Translations under genes and position numbers: made by a program | In this document: positions 1 to 9,312 of the stretch, in pieces | Layout of the letters: each line of letters begins with the position of its first letter | Position numbering within the stretch: position 1 is the first letter of the stretch | Assembly: GCA_944393575.1 (NCBI GenBank) | Contig: CALYAP010000029.1 | Location: 1,987 to 65,986, forward strand | Direction: 5' to 3' | Length of the DNA: 64,000 bases | Source of the DNA: an uncultured Clostridia bacterium | GTDB lineage: Bacteria; Bacillota; Dehalobacteriia; UBA4068 | The notes under the pieces: model-generated | Seen by the model: only the letters and a program-made list of their open reading frames with translations | Told to the model about the DNA's origin: nothing | Database searches by the model: none

Positions 1-190
1 GCAGGCCATTGGGCAGCATCAGCGGCACAAAGCCCGGCACAATGGTCATACCGCGCTTTTTCTCCTCAGGGAGACGGTCAGTATTGATGCCGGTCAAGGC
101 GGCGGTCAGCTCGGTCTTGCCATGATCGACATGCCCGGCTGTGCCGACGATGATATGTCTGGGGTCGATAAAAGGGGTGTTATCGCTCAT
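1..190 (-). CDS. selB: Selenocysteine-specific elongation factor SelB, N-terminal part (runs off the window edge)
   Basis: Manual translation [54 protein letters not shown]; G1 motif [11 protein letters not shown] plus [14 protein letters not shown] typical of SelB; lies downstream of selA. Not in the ORF track. Confidence 0.93.
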   Translation of the reverse strand, partial: MSDNTPFIDPRHIIVGTAGHVDHGKTELTAALTGINTDRLPEEKKRGMTIVPGFVPLMLPNGL

Positions 191-348
191 CTGTTTACCT
201 CTGTTTATTATTTATTGGTTACTTTTTATTGGTTTTATGTTATAGAAAGAAATCTCTTTATGCCTGTCCTCCGTGTTTATCAGCCCCGTAAAAATGCTCT
301 GCATTTTTGCTGGCTGGGATAAGCCCAAATGCTTAAAAAAATCCGCAT

Positions 349-777
349 TTATTGATTAAAGCTCTCTTTTCTGTTTGGCTTCCTTTTAATGCTCAACAAT
401 CTGATAAAATCATCAAACAAAGAAGTATCTATTGGCTCAAACATCATCCATTTACCATCATGATAAGTTTGAGTTTCATCATAAATTTTTTGAACTTCCT
501 TTGAGTAATTTTCTCTATCCTTGGCAAATTTCAAACGTTCATCTTTTCCTAAGATGATCATAAATCCTATACAGTTTTCTCTTGCATATAATGCGCATAG
601 GGTTTTACCGCCTCGACGGTATTTATATTCATAGGTCCATGCTTTACCGCCTTTATCCCAGAAACACTCCATATCATATTTTTCATCAATTAAAGTGCAT
701 AATTTATTCCATATCTCATATAAAGATTTGCCAACTAAAGCTGTCATTTGTTCTGCATTAGGTATTATATCAAGCAT
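349..777 (-). CDS. DUF3788-family protein
   Basis: 142 aa; W-x-YKYRRGGKTLCALY and YHDGKW motifs resemble DUF3788; markedly AT-rich compared with neighbours. Confidence 0.7.
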   Translation of the reverse strand: MLDIIPNAEQMTALVGKSLYEIWNKLCTLIDEKYDMECFWDKGGKAWTYEYKYRRGGKTLCALYARENCIGFMIILGKDERLKFAKDRENYSKEVQKIYDETQTYHDGKWMMFEPIDTSLFDDFIRLLSIKRKPNRKESFNQ

Positions 778-882
778 GATAGACTCTTCCCTAAATGATA
801 ATTTATTGTTGAGATGGCAGCCAACAGCGCTATGGCAGCAATTTTCTTTTTAGCAGCTCTTTCTTTTACCAACGGGCTTCTC

Positions 883-2277
883 TTAGAGGGTAAATTTTGC
901 CGCCTGCTCGGCAGTGGCGCGGGCAGCATCGACAATATCCTCTTCGCTCATGGTTCGGGGGTCGTAAAGCAGCTTATCCTCGCGGATATAGGCCAGCAGT
1001 GGCCGGCTGCCGCCACGCAGCAGCGCCATCAATTCCTGTGCCTTGGTGGTCAGCGGCGTCAGCTCCACCAAATATGTGGGCAGCTCTATACCGGGCAAGG
1101 ACCCGCCGCCAGACTCGGAATATCCCTGGCGTACCTGGGTGGTATAAAGGCGGTGCTCGGGATCAGCCTTTGCCAGCAGCTGTTCCAGCAGCTCAGCTTT
1201 GGCTTTCAGCTCGTCAAGCGGTGCGGTGAGCATCGAGACCACCGGCACCAGCTGTTGCTCCTCGCCGCGGCGGTAGATGCGCAGGGTAGCTTCCAACGCG
1301 GCCAGGGTGAATTTATCGACACGCAGCGCACGGGTCAGCGGATTCTTCTTGATCTTGGCGATATACTCACGCCGGCCAAGGATAATACCAGCCTGCGGTC
1401 CGCCCAGCAGCTTATCGCCGGAACAGGTCACGATATCCGCTCCGGTCGCTACCACGCGCGAGACCAGCGGTTCTTCGCCGATACCCTGCTCAGCCAGAGG
1501 GTAGAGGCAACCCGCACCCAGATCGTCCATCACCGGTATGCCCAAAGGCTTAGCTAGGGCTACCAGGTCGGAGGTAGGTACGCTCTCATGGAAGCCGATG
1601 ACCTTGAAATTGCTGGGATGCACCTGCATGATCATGCGGGTCTGCTCGGTGACAGCGTTTTGATAATCACTGAGACGGGTTTTATTGGTAGCGCCGACTT
1701 CGATCAGCTCGACGCCGCTTTTTTTCATGATATCGGGAATGCGGAAGCTCTCGCCGATCTCCACCAGCTGCCCGCGGGAAACTATTGCCTCGCCGCCCTT
1801 AGCCAGGGTATCGAGCACCAGCAGCACTGCGGCGGCATTATTATTGACCACCAGCGCGTCTTCTGCACCGGTGAGGGCGATCAGCAGATCAGCCACATGG
1901 TTATAGCGGCTGCCGCGCTTGCCGGTGGCCAGCGACAGCTCCAGATTGCAGTAGCCGCGCGCTACTGCCGCCATGGTATCGACCGCCTCTGCTGCCAGAG
2001 GAGCGCGGCCGAGATTAGTATGTAACGGTACGCCGGTGGCATTGATCACCGGGCGCAGGGAAAAGGTGGTCTTGTCAGTATAAATCTCGCGGGTAAAGGA
2101 ACATGCCAGCTCGAACAGCTCTTCTTTATCAGCCTGGGCAAACTGCCCTTCCAGCATAGCATGACGCAGACGGTCAATGCCCTCCTTAGCGCTCTCAGCC
2201 AGCAATAGGCTATTATAATCCTCATCTTCCAGGGCGAGAATCACCCGGTCTACCTTAGGGATCAGCGATAAATCCAT
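883..2277 (-). CDS. selA: L-seryl-tRNA(Sec) selenium transferase
   Basis: VINATGVPLHTNLGRAPL, VVNNNAAAVLL, SGDKLLGGPQAG (PLP lysine), RALRVDK. Confidence 0.97.
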   Translation of the reverse strand: MDLSLIPKVDRVILALEDEDYNSLLLAESAKEGIDRLRHAMLEGQFAQADKEELFELACSFTREIYTDKTTFSLRPVINATGVPLHTNLGRAPLAAEAVDTMAAVARGYCNLELSLATGKRGSRYNHVADLLIALTGAEDALVVNNNAAAVLLVLDTLAKGGEAIVSRGQLVEIGESFRIPDIMKKSGVELIEVGATNKTRLSDYQNAVTEQTRMIMQVHPSNFKVIGFHESVPTSDLVALAKPLGIPVMDDLGAGCLYPLAEQGIGEEPLVSRVVATGADIVTCSGDKLLGGPQAGIILGRREYIAKIKKNPLTRALRVDKFTLAALEATLRIYRRGEEQQLVPVVSMLTAPLDELKAKAELLEQLLAKADPEHRLYTTQVRQGYSESGGGSLPGIELPTYLVELTPLTTKAQELMALLRGGSRPLLAYIREDKLLYDPRTMSEEDIVDAARATAEQAAKFTL

Positions 2278-2423
2278 GGGTTCCTCCTTCTATGCTCCGA
2301 TAGGCGTCCCGCCTACCGCTTTCTTATCAACAGCAGCCAAAATAACGGCTGCAGCAGCCTTTTATCAACTACCGATTATTATAACACAAGCCTGCGGTCT
2401 TGTCACCGCAGGCCAATAGCGCT

Positions 2424-2957
2424 TTACAGATCGAGCACCGGAGAAGCTTCATTCTCCATATAGAAGATCAGATGCGGCATATCCTCACCATAATAATGTT
2501 TGACAAAGCTGCCGACCTCATCCATGCCGAGACGCTTGGCCACCTGCTGAGAGGGCAGATTATTATCGCGGACCAGTGCGTAGACTGCTGGAACAAAGAG
2601 GGTGGTAAAGGCGTATTCGACGCAGCCCTTAGCCGCCTCGGTAGCATAGCCCTGATGCCAGTACTCCTTGCGCAGCAGATACCCGACCTCGAGAACCTCT
2701 TCGCCAGCGCAATCCTGAATGGTGAGGCCGCATTGGCCGATCATCTCGCCGCTCTCCTTCAAAATCATCGCCCAGAGGCCAAAGCCATCGCGCAGATAAT
2801 TATCTAGCTGTTTATCCAGCCATTGATGCGCTTCCTCATCGCTGAAAGCATGGCCATAAGCATACATCACCTCCGGGTCTTGCAGCATCAGACAAAGGGC
2901 GGGAAAATCATCCTCTGTCATCTCCCGCAGGTAGAGGCGCTCTGTTTCTAAAATCAT
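2424..2957 (-). CDS. GNAT N-acetyltransferase (RimJ/RimL-like)
   Basis: ILETERLYLRE start; EVGYLLRKEYWHQGYATEAA; N-x-PSQQVAKRLGM. Confidence 0.9.
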   Translation of the reverse strand: MILETERLYLREMTEDDFPALCLMLQDPEVMYAYGHAFSDEEAHQWLDKQLDNYLRDGFGLWAMILKESGEMIGQCGLTIQDCAGEEVLEVGYLLRKEYWHQGYATEAAKGCVEYAFTTLFVPAVYALVRDNNLPSQQVAKRLGMDEVGSFVKHYYGEDMPHLIFYMENEASPVLDL

Positions 2958-3200
2958 CTTTGGTTCCTCCTCATCATTTACGCTTATCCACCGGCTCTCC
3001 CCGGCTCAAAGCGGCACTATCCCGTTTAATCAGAGGTTCTGCTATTCTAAGCAGTCTGACAGCGATTGTTACTGTTAATAACCGCTGGGGAAAATAACTA
3101 TTGCTTATATTCGCCCTTGGGGGCAGCTTTCCCCTGCTGCACGGTTGGCAAAAGCGGATTTTCTACCCCTGCCTGCACAAGACAGGAGCCCAAAGCGGAT

Positions 3201-3226
3201 AAAAAACGCCCGGACAAACCGGGCGC
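3201..3226 (-). terminator. Intrinsic terminator of the symporter gene
   Basis: CGCCCGG-ACAAA-CCGGGCG hairpin with an A-tract on the + strand (U-tract on -). Confidence 0.6.
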
Positions 3227-3320
3227 TTAAATATCTGCACTTCTTTATCTTTATTAGCTATTTTCTTGAGCTATTTTTCTTACTGTTGTTTATTTTCCTT
3301 GCTGCTTAATCACTGCACTG

Positions 3321-4856
3321 CTATTTATCATCATGGCGCAGTTGATATTTACGCGCTACTGTGACCTTCTCCTCATAGCAGGCAAAGGACTGCTCGATCT
3401 GTTCCTTAGGCAGCGGCTTGGTCAGCAATGAGACTACGGGGACGATTATCAGGCTCACCAGCATGGTGATGGCGCCGGCATTGATTGCAGAATCGATAAA
3501 ACCGATGAACATATTGGCCACGGTGATACCTACGCCAGTAGCAAAGCTGGCCCAGACTGCCGCACGTGTGGTGCGCTTCCAATAGAGGCCATAGAGGAAA
3601 GGCGCCAGGAAAGCACCGGAAAGTGCGCCCCAGCTGATGCCCATCAGCTGAGCGATGAAAGTCGGCGGATCGATAGCCAAAATCACCGAGATCAGCAGGA
3701 AGACCGCTACCAATACCCGCAGCCAGATCATCTGTTTCTTCTCAGAAAGATCCTTGACCACTGTGCCTTTGATGAAGTCCAGCGTCAAGGTGCTGGCGCT
3801 GGTCAGTACTAACGAAGCCAGGGTGGACATCGAGGCAGAAAGCACCAGCATGATCACTACGCCGATCACGACATCGGGCAGAGTAGAAAGCATCGTCGGA
3901 ATGATGCTATCATAGACGATATTACCGGCTGCATCATAGATAGCAGGAGAATCATAGAGACGGGAGAAACCACCAAGGAAGTAAGAACCGCCGGCCACGA
4001 TCAGGGCGAAGAAGGTGGAGATGATGGTACCGGTATAAACAGCCTTCTCGCTCTTGATGGCATAAAATTTATGTACCATCTGCGGCAGTCCCCAGGTACC
4101 CAGCGAAGTCAGCAGCACTACACCCAGCAGGTTGAGCGGATCCGGCCCGAAAAAGCTGGTATACGCTCCCGGCTGCCCGGCAGTCACTGCCTCCACGCTC
4201 TCGATCTGCGCCAGCTGGCCGATAGCATCGATAAAACCGCCATTATTGGCGAGCACTGCAGCTATCACCAGCACGATACCGAAGAGCATCACGATGCCCT
4301 GGATCAGGTCATTGACCGCTGTGGCCATATAGCCGCCCAGCACCACATAGATGCAGGTCAGCACCGCCATACCGATCACGCAATAAATATACGGGATACC
4401 AAAAGCCATCTCAAAGAGGCGGGAAAGCCCATTATAGACCGAAGCGGTATACGGCACCAGAAAGACGAAAACAATAGCTGAGGCCACGACCTTCAGCGCC
4501 TGGGAATTATAGCGGCTGCCAAAGAATTCTGGCATGGTACGCGAGCCCAGATGATTACTCATCACCCGAGTGCGGCGTCCTAGGATCACCCAGGCCAAGA
4601 GGCTGCCGATCAGGGCGTTGCCTAGGCCGATCCAAGTAGAAGCCAGTCCGTATTTGAAGCCGAACTGCCCGGCATAGCCCACAAAAATAACCGCGGAAAA
4701 ATAGGTGGTTCCGTAAGCAAAAGCCGTCATCCACGGCCCGATACTCCGCCCGCCCAGCACAAAGCTGTTGACGGAATCAGCCTTCTTGCGGCTGACGATA
4801 CCCACTATTATCAACACGGTGAAAAAAACTACTAGTAAAGCGATTTTGATAAACAT
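3321..4856 (-). CDS. Sodium:solute symporter (SSS family)
   Basis: 511 aa, ~13 TM segments; F-x-LGGRSIGPW, GLPQMVHKFY, LSASMSTLAS, GLYWKRTT motifs. Confidence 0.92.
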   Translation of the reverse strand: MFIKIALLVVFFTVLIIVGIVSRKKADSVNSFVLGGRSIGPWMTAFAYGTTYFSAVIFVGYAGQFGFKYGLASTWIGLGNALIGSLLAWVILGRRTRVMSNHLGSRTMPEFFGSRYNSQALKVVASAIVFVFLVPYTASVYNGLSRLFEMAFGIPYIYCVIGMAVLTCIYVVLGGYMATAVNDLIQGIVMLFGIVLVIAAVLANNGGFIDAIGQLAQIESVEAVTAGQPGAYTSFFGPDPLNLLGVVLLTSLGTWGLPQMVHKFYAIKSEKAVYTGTIISTFFALIVAGGSYFLGGFSRLYDSPAIYDAAGNIVYDSIIPTMLSTLPDVVIGVVIMLVLSASMSTLASLVLTSASTLTLDFIKGTVVKDLSEKKQMIWLRVLVAVFLLISVILAIDPPTFIAQLMGISWGALSGAFLAPFLYGLYWKRTTRAAVWASFATGVGITVANMFIGFIDSAINAGAITMLVSLIIVPVVSLLTKPLPKEQIEQSFACYEEKVTVARKYQLRHDDK

Positions 4857-5064
4857 TTTCCTATACCTTCCATTCTACCATTTTACCTGCAGGCAAACAC
4901 AAGTTTGCTGCTAATTACCTGATGAATTTTATCAGATAGAAGGGTTTCTGTCAATAAAAGCTAATATATTTTAGTAGTGTTGTAAGTTTAGCCAATTTTT
5001 AGACAATTTTACCGGATCAAGATTTAGACCAAAAAAAATGATCCAAGATAGGGGAGGCAAAGTA

Positions 5065-5406
5065 ATGGCAAAAACACTCTCTTTTAAAACGCGACTCACC
5101 ATGCGTGCAGACGGGCGGAACGATCCCCATCATGGCTTTGGCAAGGGAATCGAAATGCTTCTCTTGGGCGTGGACAAATATGGCTCGCTGAACAGAGCTG
5201 CCAAAGAAATGGGTATGGCCTACTCCAAGGCCTGGAATGTCCTACGCCTCAATGAAAGCGAATTCGGCATCAAATTTATCAACCGCAATGGTGCCCATGG
5301 CTCTGAGCTAACGCCGGAGGGACGCGCTTTTCTGGAGCACTATCAGGAAATGGAGTTAGCAGCAGAGCGCGCCGCCCAGGAAGTTTTCGATAAGTATTTC
5401 CGCTAA
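5065..5406 (+). CDS. ModE-like winged-HTH regulator (DNA-binding domain only)
   Basis: FGKGIEMLL...GSLNRAAKEMGMAYSKAW...GSELTPEG; RBS GGAGG upstream of ATG 5065. Confidence 0.82.
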   Translation: MAKTLSFKTRLTMRADGRNDPHHGFGKGIEMLLLGVDKYGSLNRAAKEMGMAYSKAWNVLRLNESEFGIKFINRNGAHGSELTPEGRAFLEHYQEMELAAERAAQEVFDKYFR

Positions 5407-5597
5407 AGCAAGAATTCGCCAGCCAGGCTAACAAACTAGCAGCATCAGCCCCGTGAAAAACGGCTTGCCGTTACCCCTAATTTTAGTCTACTCTTAGTTA
5501 TCCTCTACAAAGAATAATTCAATCATCAACCAAGAATCATTAAGGAGCAACGCTTTTTAATCAAGAGACAAGAAGCATAACCAAACAAGCAATAATC

Positions 5598-5636
5598 GCA
5601 AAAACCGCCTTCCTCATCAGAAGAAGGCGGTTTTGC
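5598..5636. terminator. Bidirectional terminator between the ModE-like gene and rubrerythrin
   Basis: AAAACCGCCTTC...GAAGGCGGTTTT inverted repeat. Confidence 0.75.
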
Positions 5637-5678
5637 CAGCTTTAAGCTGTATGGGAATAAAGGAAGTTTGATTTCGGT

Positions 5679-6218
5679 TTACCAGCAATCATCCGGTTTG
5701 ACTTCAAAGAAAGCCTGAGGATGAGCGCAGACCGGGCAAACAGCCGGAGCGCTGGTGCCAATGTGGAGATGGCCGCAGTTACGGCAGCGCCATACCACTA
5801 CGTCCTCGCAGACAAAGACAGCGCCTTTTTCCAACATATCAACAAAAGCGCGATATCTTTCTTCATGGTGCTTTTCGATATCAGCGACCTTTTCAAAGAG
5901 GTAAGCGATCTTGTCAAAGCCCTCTTCTTTAGCGGTCTTGGCAAACTCAGCATACATCTCGGTCCATTCATAATTTTCCCCAGCTGCAGCAGCTTTGAGG
6001 TTATCTACAGTGGTGCCGATACCGTCGTTGATCAGCTTGAACCAAATTTTAGCATGTTCTTTTTCGTTATGGGCGGTTTCGCTGAAGATGGCAGAGATCA
6101 GCTCATAGCCTTCTTTTTTCGCAGCAGAAGCAAAATAATCATACTTATTTCTGGCCATGGACTCGCCAGCAAAAGCGGTGTTCAGGTTAGCTTCAGTCTT
6201 ACTTCCCTTGAGTTCCAT
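5679..6218 (-). CDS. rbr: Rubrerythrin
   Basis: [22 protein letters not shown]; EKEH, EKHH di-iron motifs; C-terminal WRCRNCG...CPVCAHP rubredoxin domain; start moved to ATG 6218 after RBS GGAGG. Confidence 0.95.
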   Translation of the reverse strand: MELKGSKTEANLNTAFAGESMARNKYDYFASAAKKEGYELISAIFSETAHNEKEHAKIWFKLINDGIGTTVDNLKAAAAGENYEWTEMYAEFAKTAKEEGFDKIAYLFEKVADIEKHHEERYRAFVDMLEKGAVFVCEDVVVWRCRNCGHLHIGTSAPAVCPVCAHPQAFFEVKPDDCW

Positions 6219-6309
6219 AAGTATCCTCCTTTGATAAACAGTATTTGCTATTTTCTTGATGCTAAAAAGCTTAAAACAGTCTTGTTTCAAGCATAAACTT
6301 GATACTTAT

Positions 6310-6375
6310 ATCATATATGCAAAATGTTGATTTGTCAATAAATAATAATATTTCTTAATAAGAAATATTATTATT
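6310..6375 (-). promoter_or_regulatory. rbr sigma-A promoter with a 35-bp palindromic operator (probably PerR/Fur family)
   Basis: Minus strand TTGACA (6338-6333)-17-TATGAT (6315-6310); palindrome with perfect 17-bp arms AATAATAATATTTCTTA-A-TAAGAAATATTATTATT at 6341-6375. Confidence 0.7.
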
Positions 6376-6625
6376 CTCGTTAACCTGATTTTAACCATGA
6401 AAAGCGGCTTACCAGCTAAAAAGATAACGGCATAACAATTTACATCGGTGCAGCACGGATCATCACAAAAGAGATCGACTATTTTTACTTAAAGTCGGAT
6501 TAAGACGGATTCGCTCAGAAAATGTTATTTTATTATACAATGAAATATATTGATAAAAAAAGATTTATGCTTTGACAACAACGTATTCTTGCCGGAAAAT
6601 AGCGAAAACTTCGATAAAATCCCCC

Positions 6626-6654
6626 TTGCAATTATCGAACAAATGTTCTATAAT
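6626..6654 (+). promoter_or_regulatory. Sigma-A promoter containing a LexA (Cheo) SOS box
   Basis: TTGCAA (6626)-17-TATAAT (6649); spacer holds CGAAC-AAAT-GTTC (6636-6648), matching the Gram-positive GAAC-N4-GTTC consensus. Confidence 0.8.
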
Positions 6655-6660
6655 AAAAAC

Positions 6661-6804
6661 ATGTTATATATCTGCCAATGCTGTGGCGCCCACTTTAGCA
6701 GGCCAGGCTATTATTATGAATATCAGGGGGAATGCTTCGGCAACCCTGCTTATGAAACCATCGAGTGCTGTCCTTTTTGCGGCGGCTCTTACGAAGGAGG
6801 GTAA
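6661..6804 (+). CDS. Small zinc-ribbon protein (47 aa), phage-like, probably leaderless
   Basis: MLYICQCCGAHF...ECCPFCGGS with CxxC...CPxC pairs; ATG 6 nt after TATAAT with no RBS; its 3' end holds the GGAGG RBS of the next gene. Confidence 0.65.
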   Translation: MLYICQCCGAHFSRPGYYYEYQGECFGNPAYETIECCPFCGGSYEGG

Positions 6805-6807
6805 GTT

Positions 6808-7263
6808 ATGACCAATATCTCTTGGCGCAGAGATGCCAAAAACATACTATATAATTATCCAGAAAACCTACGTTATCTCAAATCTTTAGAACAAGATCTT
6901 ATCTTTGCCCAATCACCACACCGTGAGGTCAGGCGGCGCGGCGGAATATCCGACCCCACGGCAGTCAAGGGAATGATGTTGGATAAAGGGGAAATCAAAG
7001 CCTTGAAAGAGCAATTAGCAGCAGTAGGGCGGTTGCTGGAACGGCTAGACAGCGCCCGGCGTGATGCCAAATATAAGCGTCTACTGCTGGAAATGGTCTA
7101 TTTTCGCCGCAGCCACAGTCTCTATGGCGCTGCCGCCTATCTGGGAATACCAGAGCGTACCGCTCACCGCTGGAATGCCAAAATACTGCATGCTCTAGCA
7201 GAGGAGCTGGGATATTTTGACGAGGATGAACAGTCTTATCTACCGCACCATACCCGTCTCTAG
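6808..7263 (+). CDS. RinA/ArpU-like phage transcriptional activator
   Basis: LYNYP...GGISDPT...LLEMVYF...GAAAYLGIPERTAHRW...LAEELG, C-terminal sigma4-like HTH typical of the RinA family. Confidence 0.72.
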   Translation: MTNISWRRDAKNILYNYPENLRYLKSLEQDLIFAQSPHREVRRRGGISDPTAVKGMMLDKGEIKALKEQLAAVGRLLERLDSARRDAKYKRLLLEMVYFRRSHSLYGAAAYLGIPERTAHRWNAKILHALAEELGYFDEDEQSYLPHHTRL

Positions 7264-7423
7264 ATAAGCTCCCAACACCGTTAGCACTGATTAAAATCTC
7301 ATCAAGGTAATACAGCCTACATGTTCTGCGGGCTGTGGTGTACAGTAGTCTGCTAAAGAGATTACCGTCCTAAGTAAAATCGAAAAGCAATGTTCCCTTT
7401 TAATCAAATTCCAGAAAAGGGTC

Positions 7424-8038
7424 TTAAAAATCAATAAAAACATCCTGCTCAAACTGCTTAGCTAAGCAGTCATAGAGCTGGGAAAGATACTCGTCTCCGC
7501 CGCTATAGCCCAAGCGGGACAGCAGATTGCAACAGCTCTCATAGCCGTGAACAAAGGAGCAAAGATATTCCCAACGAGCCAGGAGCAAGCAATTATCAAC
7601 ATAATCGGTGACGATCGGCAAGTAGATGGAAGTGACTGCATCCATCAGCCGAAGATAGGCATCATGCACTTCTTCAAAACGGTAAAGTTGAACCCGCTGC
7701 TCATCAATGGTTGGCGGATTCTCCATACCCAGCCAATCACTCTCTGTCAACTCTGTTGCTGCCTTAACGGGCTGCTGGAGATAGTTGCGCATCGCTATCG
7801 CCATTCCCTGAACCCAGCAGCGGTGAACAGCAATGGAAAGGACGTTTTCTACCGTATAGCGGAAGTCTTCAAACAGCTCGTGTTTTTCGCTGCCAACACA
7901 AAATTGCATCATATCGTCCAGCTCCAGCCGCAGCTCATCACGCCGTTTGAACAGCGGCCAGTTATTGCGGAGATAAAAAAAGACCTCTTCCTCACTATTA
8001 TCAAGCCAACTTTGCAAATCAGGTGTTAATTTATCCAT
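7424..8038 (-). CDS. Hypothetical helical protein, possibly two DUF6809-like repeats
   Basis: 204 aa with RBS GGAGG; two similar segments ending CWVQGMAIA and SFVHGYESC; divergent from an XRE gene. Confidence 0.5.
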   Translation of the reverse strand: MDKLTPDLQSWLDNSEEEVFFYLRNNWPLFKRRDELRLELDDMMQFCVGSEKHELFEDFRYTVENVLSIAVHRCWVQGMAIAMRNYLQQPVKAATELTESDWLGMENPPTIDEQRVQLYRFEEVHDAYLRLMDAVTSIYLPIVTDYVDNCLLLARWEYLCSFVHGYESCCNLLSRLGYSGGDEYLSQLYDCLAKQFEQDVFIDF

Positions 8039-8167
8039 ATCCCTTGCACCTCCAAAAGCAGCTATTTTAGCAGCAAAAACCTATCGGGACAGACAAAAAA
8101 CCACATGTGATGTTGTGTATAACCGCTGGTTCTTTAGATATACTCCTATAATAGGAGAGATTTAAGC

Positions 8168-8392
8168 ATGGGCCAGCATCAAAAGGAATATGAGTTAATA
8201 GGCGCAAATATTTTATACTACCGTAAGCAAGCTGGCTTAACACAAGCACAGCTGGCTGAAAAGGTTTCGCTCAGCACCAATCATCTGCAGCGAATAGAAA
8301 CTGCGGTCTCGGTGCCTTCATTACCCACGCTCTTGGATATTGCCAAAGCATTGGGGATCACTGTGGACAGACTTTTTATTAGAAATCACTAA
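8168..8392 (+). CDS. XRE-family HTH transcriptional regulator
   Basis: IGANILYYRKQAGLTQAQLAEKVSLS..HLQRIE...PSLPTLLDIAKALG. Confidence 0.9.
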   Translation: MGQHQKEYELIGANILYYRKQAGLTQAQLAEKVSLSTNHLQRIETAVSVPSLPTLLDIAKALGITVDRLFIRNH

Positions 8393-8444
8393 GCAAAAGC
8401 ATGCTGCAGACCAAAAGCTACTATAAATATCTTAATCAACAGCT

Positions 8445-8475
8445 ACGGTATCGTCAATAGCGATACCGTTTTTTT
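8445..8475 (+). terminator. Intrinsic terminator
   Basis: ACGGTATCG-TCAATAG-CGATACCGT followed by a T-tract. Confidence 0.8.
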
Positions 8476-8503
8476 AACAAAAATAACTGCCACCCCAACT
8501 TTC

Positions 8504-8553
8504 TATATGGCTAAATAATGGCCATATATTATGGCTATTATATCGGCCATAAT
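8504..8553. promoter_or_regulatory. Tandem palindromic operators upstream of the HTH gene
   Basis: TATATGGC-N9-GCCATATA and ATTATGGC-N10-GCCATAAT back to back. Confidence 0.6.
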
Positions 8554-8584
8554 AAAAAAAGTAAAGGGGATGAGTTGTTAGATC

Positions 8585-8794
8585 ATGATTAGATACGACC
8601 CATTATGGACCACTATGGCAGCGCAGCGGGTAACAACTTATACTCTCCGGGTCAAGCATGGGATGAGCCACGCTACAGTACAACGGTTACAAAAGAACTT
8701 GCCTGTATCTACCCACACGCTTAACCGGCTCTGCTGCATTCTTAATTGCCGGCTAGAGGATATTGCCGAATATGTGCCTGACGAACAGAAGTGA
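8585..8794 (+). CDS. Cro/C1-type HTH protein (HTH_26-like)
   Basis: MIRYDPLW...TTYTLR...MSHATVQRL...VSTHTLNRLC..LNC.LEDIAEY. Confidence 0.88.
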   Translation: MIRYDPLWTTMAAQRVTTYTLRVKHGMSHATVQRLQKNLPVSTHTLNRLCCILNCRLEDIAEYVPDEQK

Positions 8795-9007
8795 GTCAGG
8801 ATAAATTCACCGCAAAAAGGAGCCACAGAGATGGCTCTGAACAAAATTTGTGGTGACAGAATATTGAGCTCATTGCTAAAAAATCATGCCTCATCAGCGC
8901 CAAATAGCTATCTGTAATGCATGAAAAGAAAACAGGCGAAAAGGCATTTTATGTCAAGACGGATACCCCTTCCTGACAGAAAAAACCAGATAAAAAGGGG
9001 TCTTATC

Positions 9008-9057
9008 CAACAATATTGTAGCATATTTAAACATGGCATGCAACAAAATAGTAGCAT
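9008..9057. promoter_or_regulatory. Repeated 17-bp operator-like motif upstream of the XRE gene
   Basis: CAACAATATTGTAGCAT (9008-9024) and CAACAAAATAGTAGCAT (9041-9057), each pseudo-palindromic. Confidence 0.55.
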
Positions 9058-9084
9058 TGCTTTAAAAAAGGAGCTGATGCTACT

Positions 9085-9312
9085 ATGTTTTTTCAGCGGT
9101 TGGAAGATCTAAGGATCGACGCCGATAAAACACAAGCCGACATCGCCCAAGTGCTTTCCTGCAACAGAGAAGTGTACCGCCGCTATGAAAAAGGCAAATA
9201 CGAGCTTCCTGTCTGGGCATTAATCAAATTAGCTAAATATTATCACACCAGCACCGACTATATTTTGGGTTTGACCGATAATCCCAAGCCCTACCGGGAA
9301 GCACATAAATAA
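9085..9312 (+). CDS. XRE-family HTH transcriptional regulator
   Basis: FQRLEDLRIDADKTQADIA..L...Y.RYEKG...LIKLAKYY.TSTDYILGLTD. Confidence 0.9.
   Translation: MFFQRLEDLRIDADKTQADIAQVLSCNREVYRRYEKGKYELPVWALIKLAKYYHTSTDYILGLTDNPKPYREAHK

Noticed and set aside
814-2025. Long + strand ORFs overlapping selA (and similar antisense ORFs over dnaA, jag, proA, PFOR, the kinase and patatin)
   Set aside because: Shadow ORFs on the opposite strand of GC-rich genes, with no motifs or RBS
6550-9312. Intact prophage or ICE
   Set aside because: No integrase, att repeats, replication, structural or conjugation genes; only regulators
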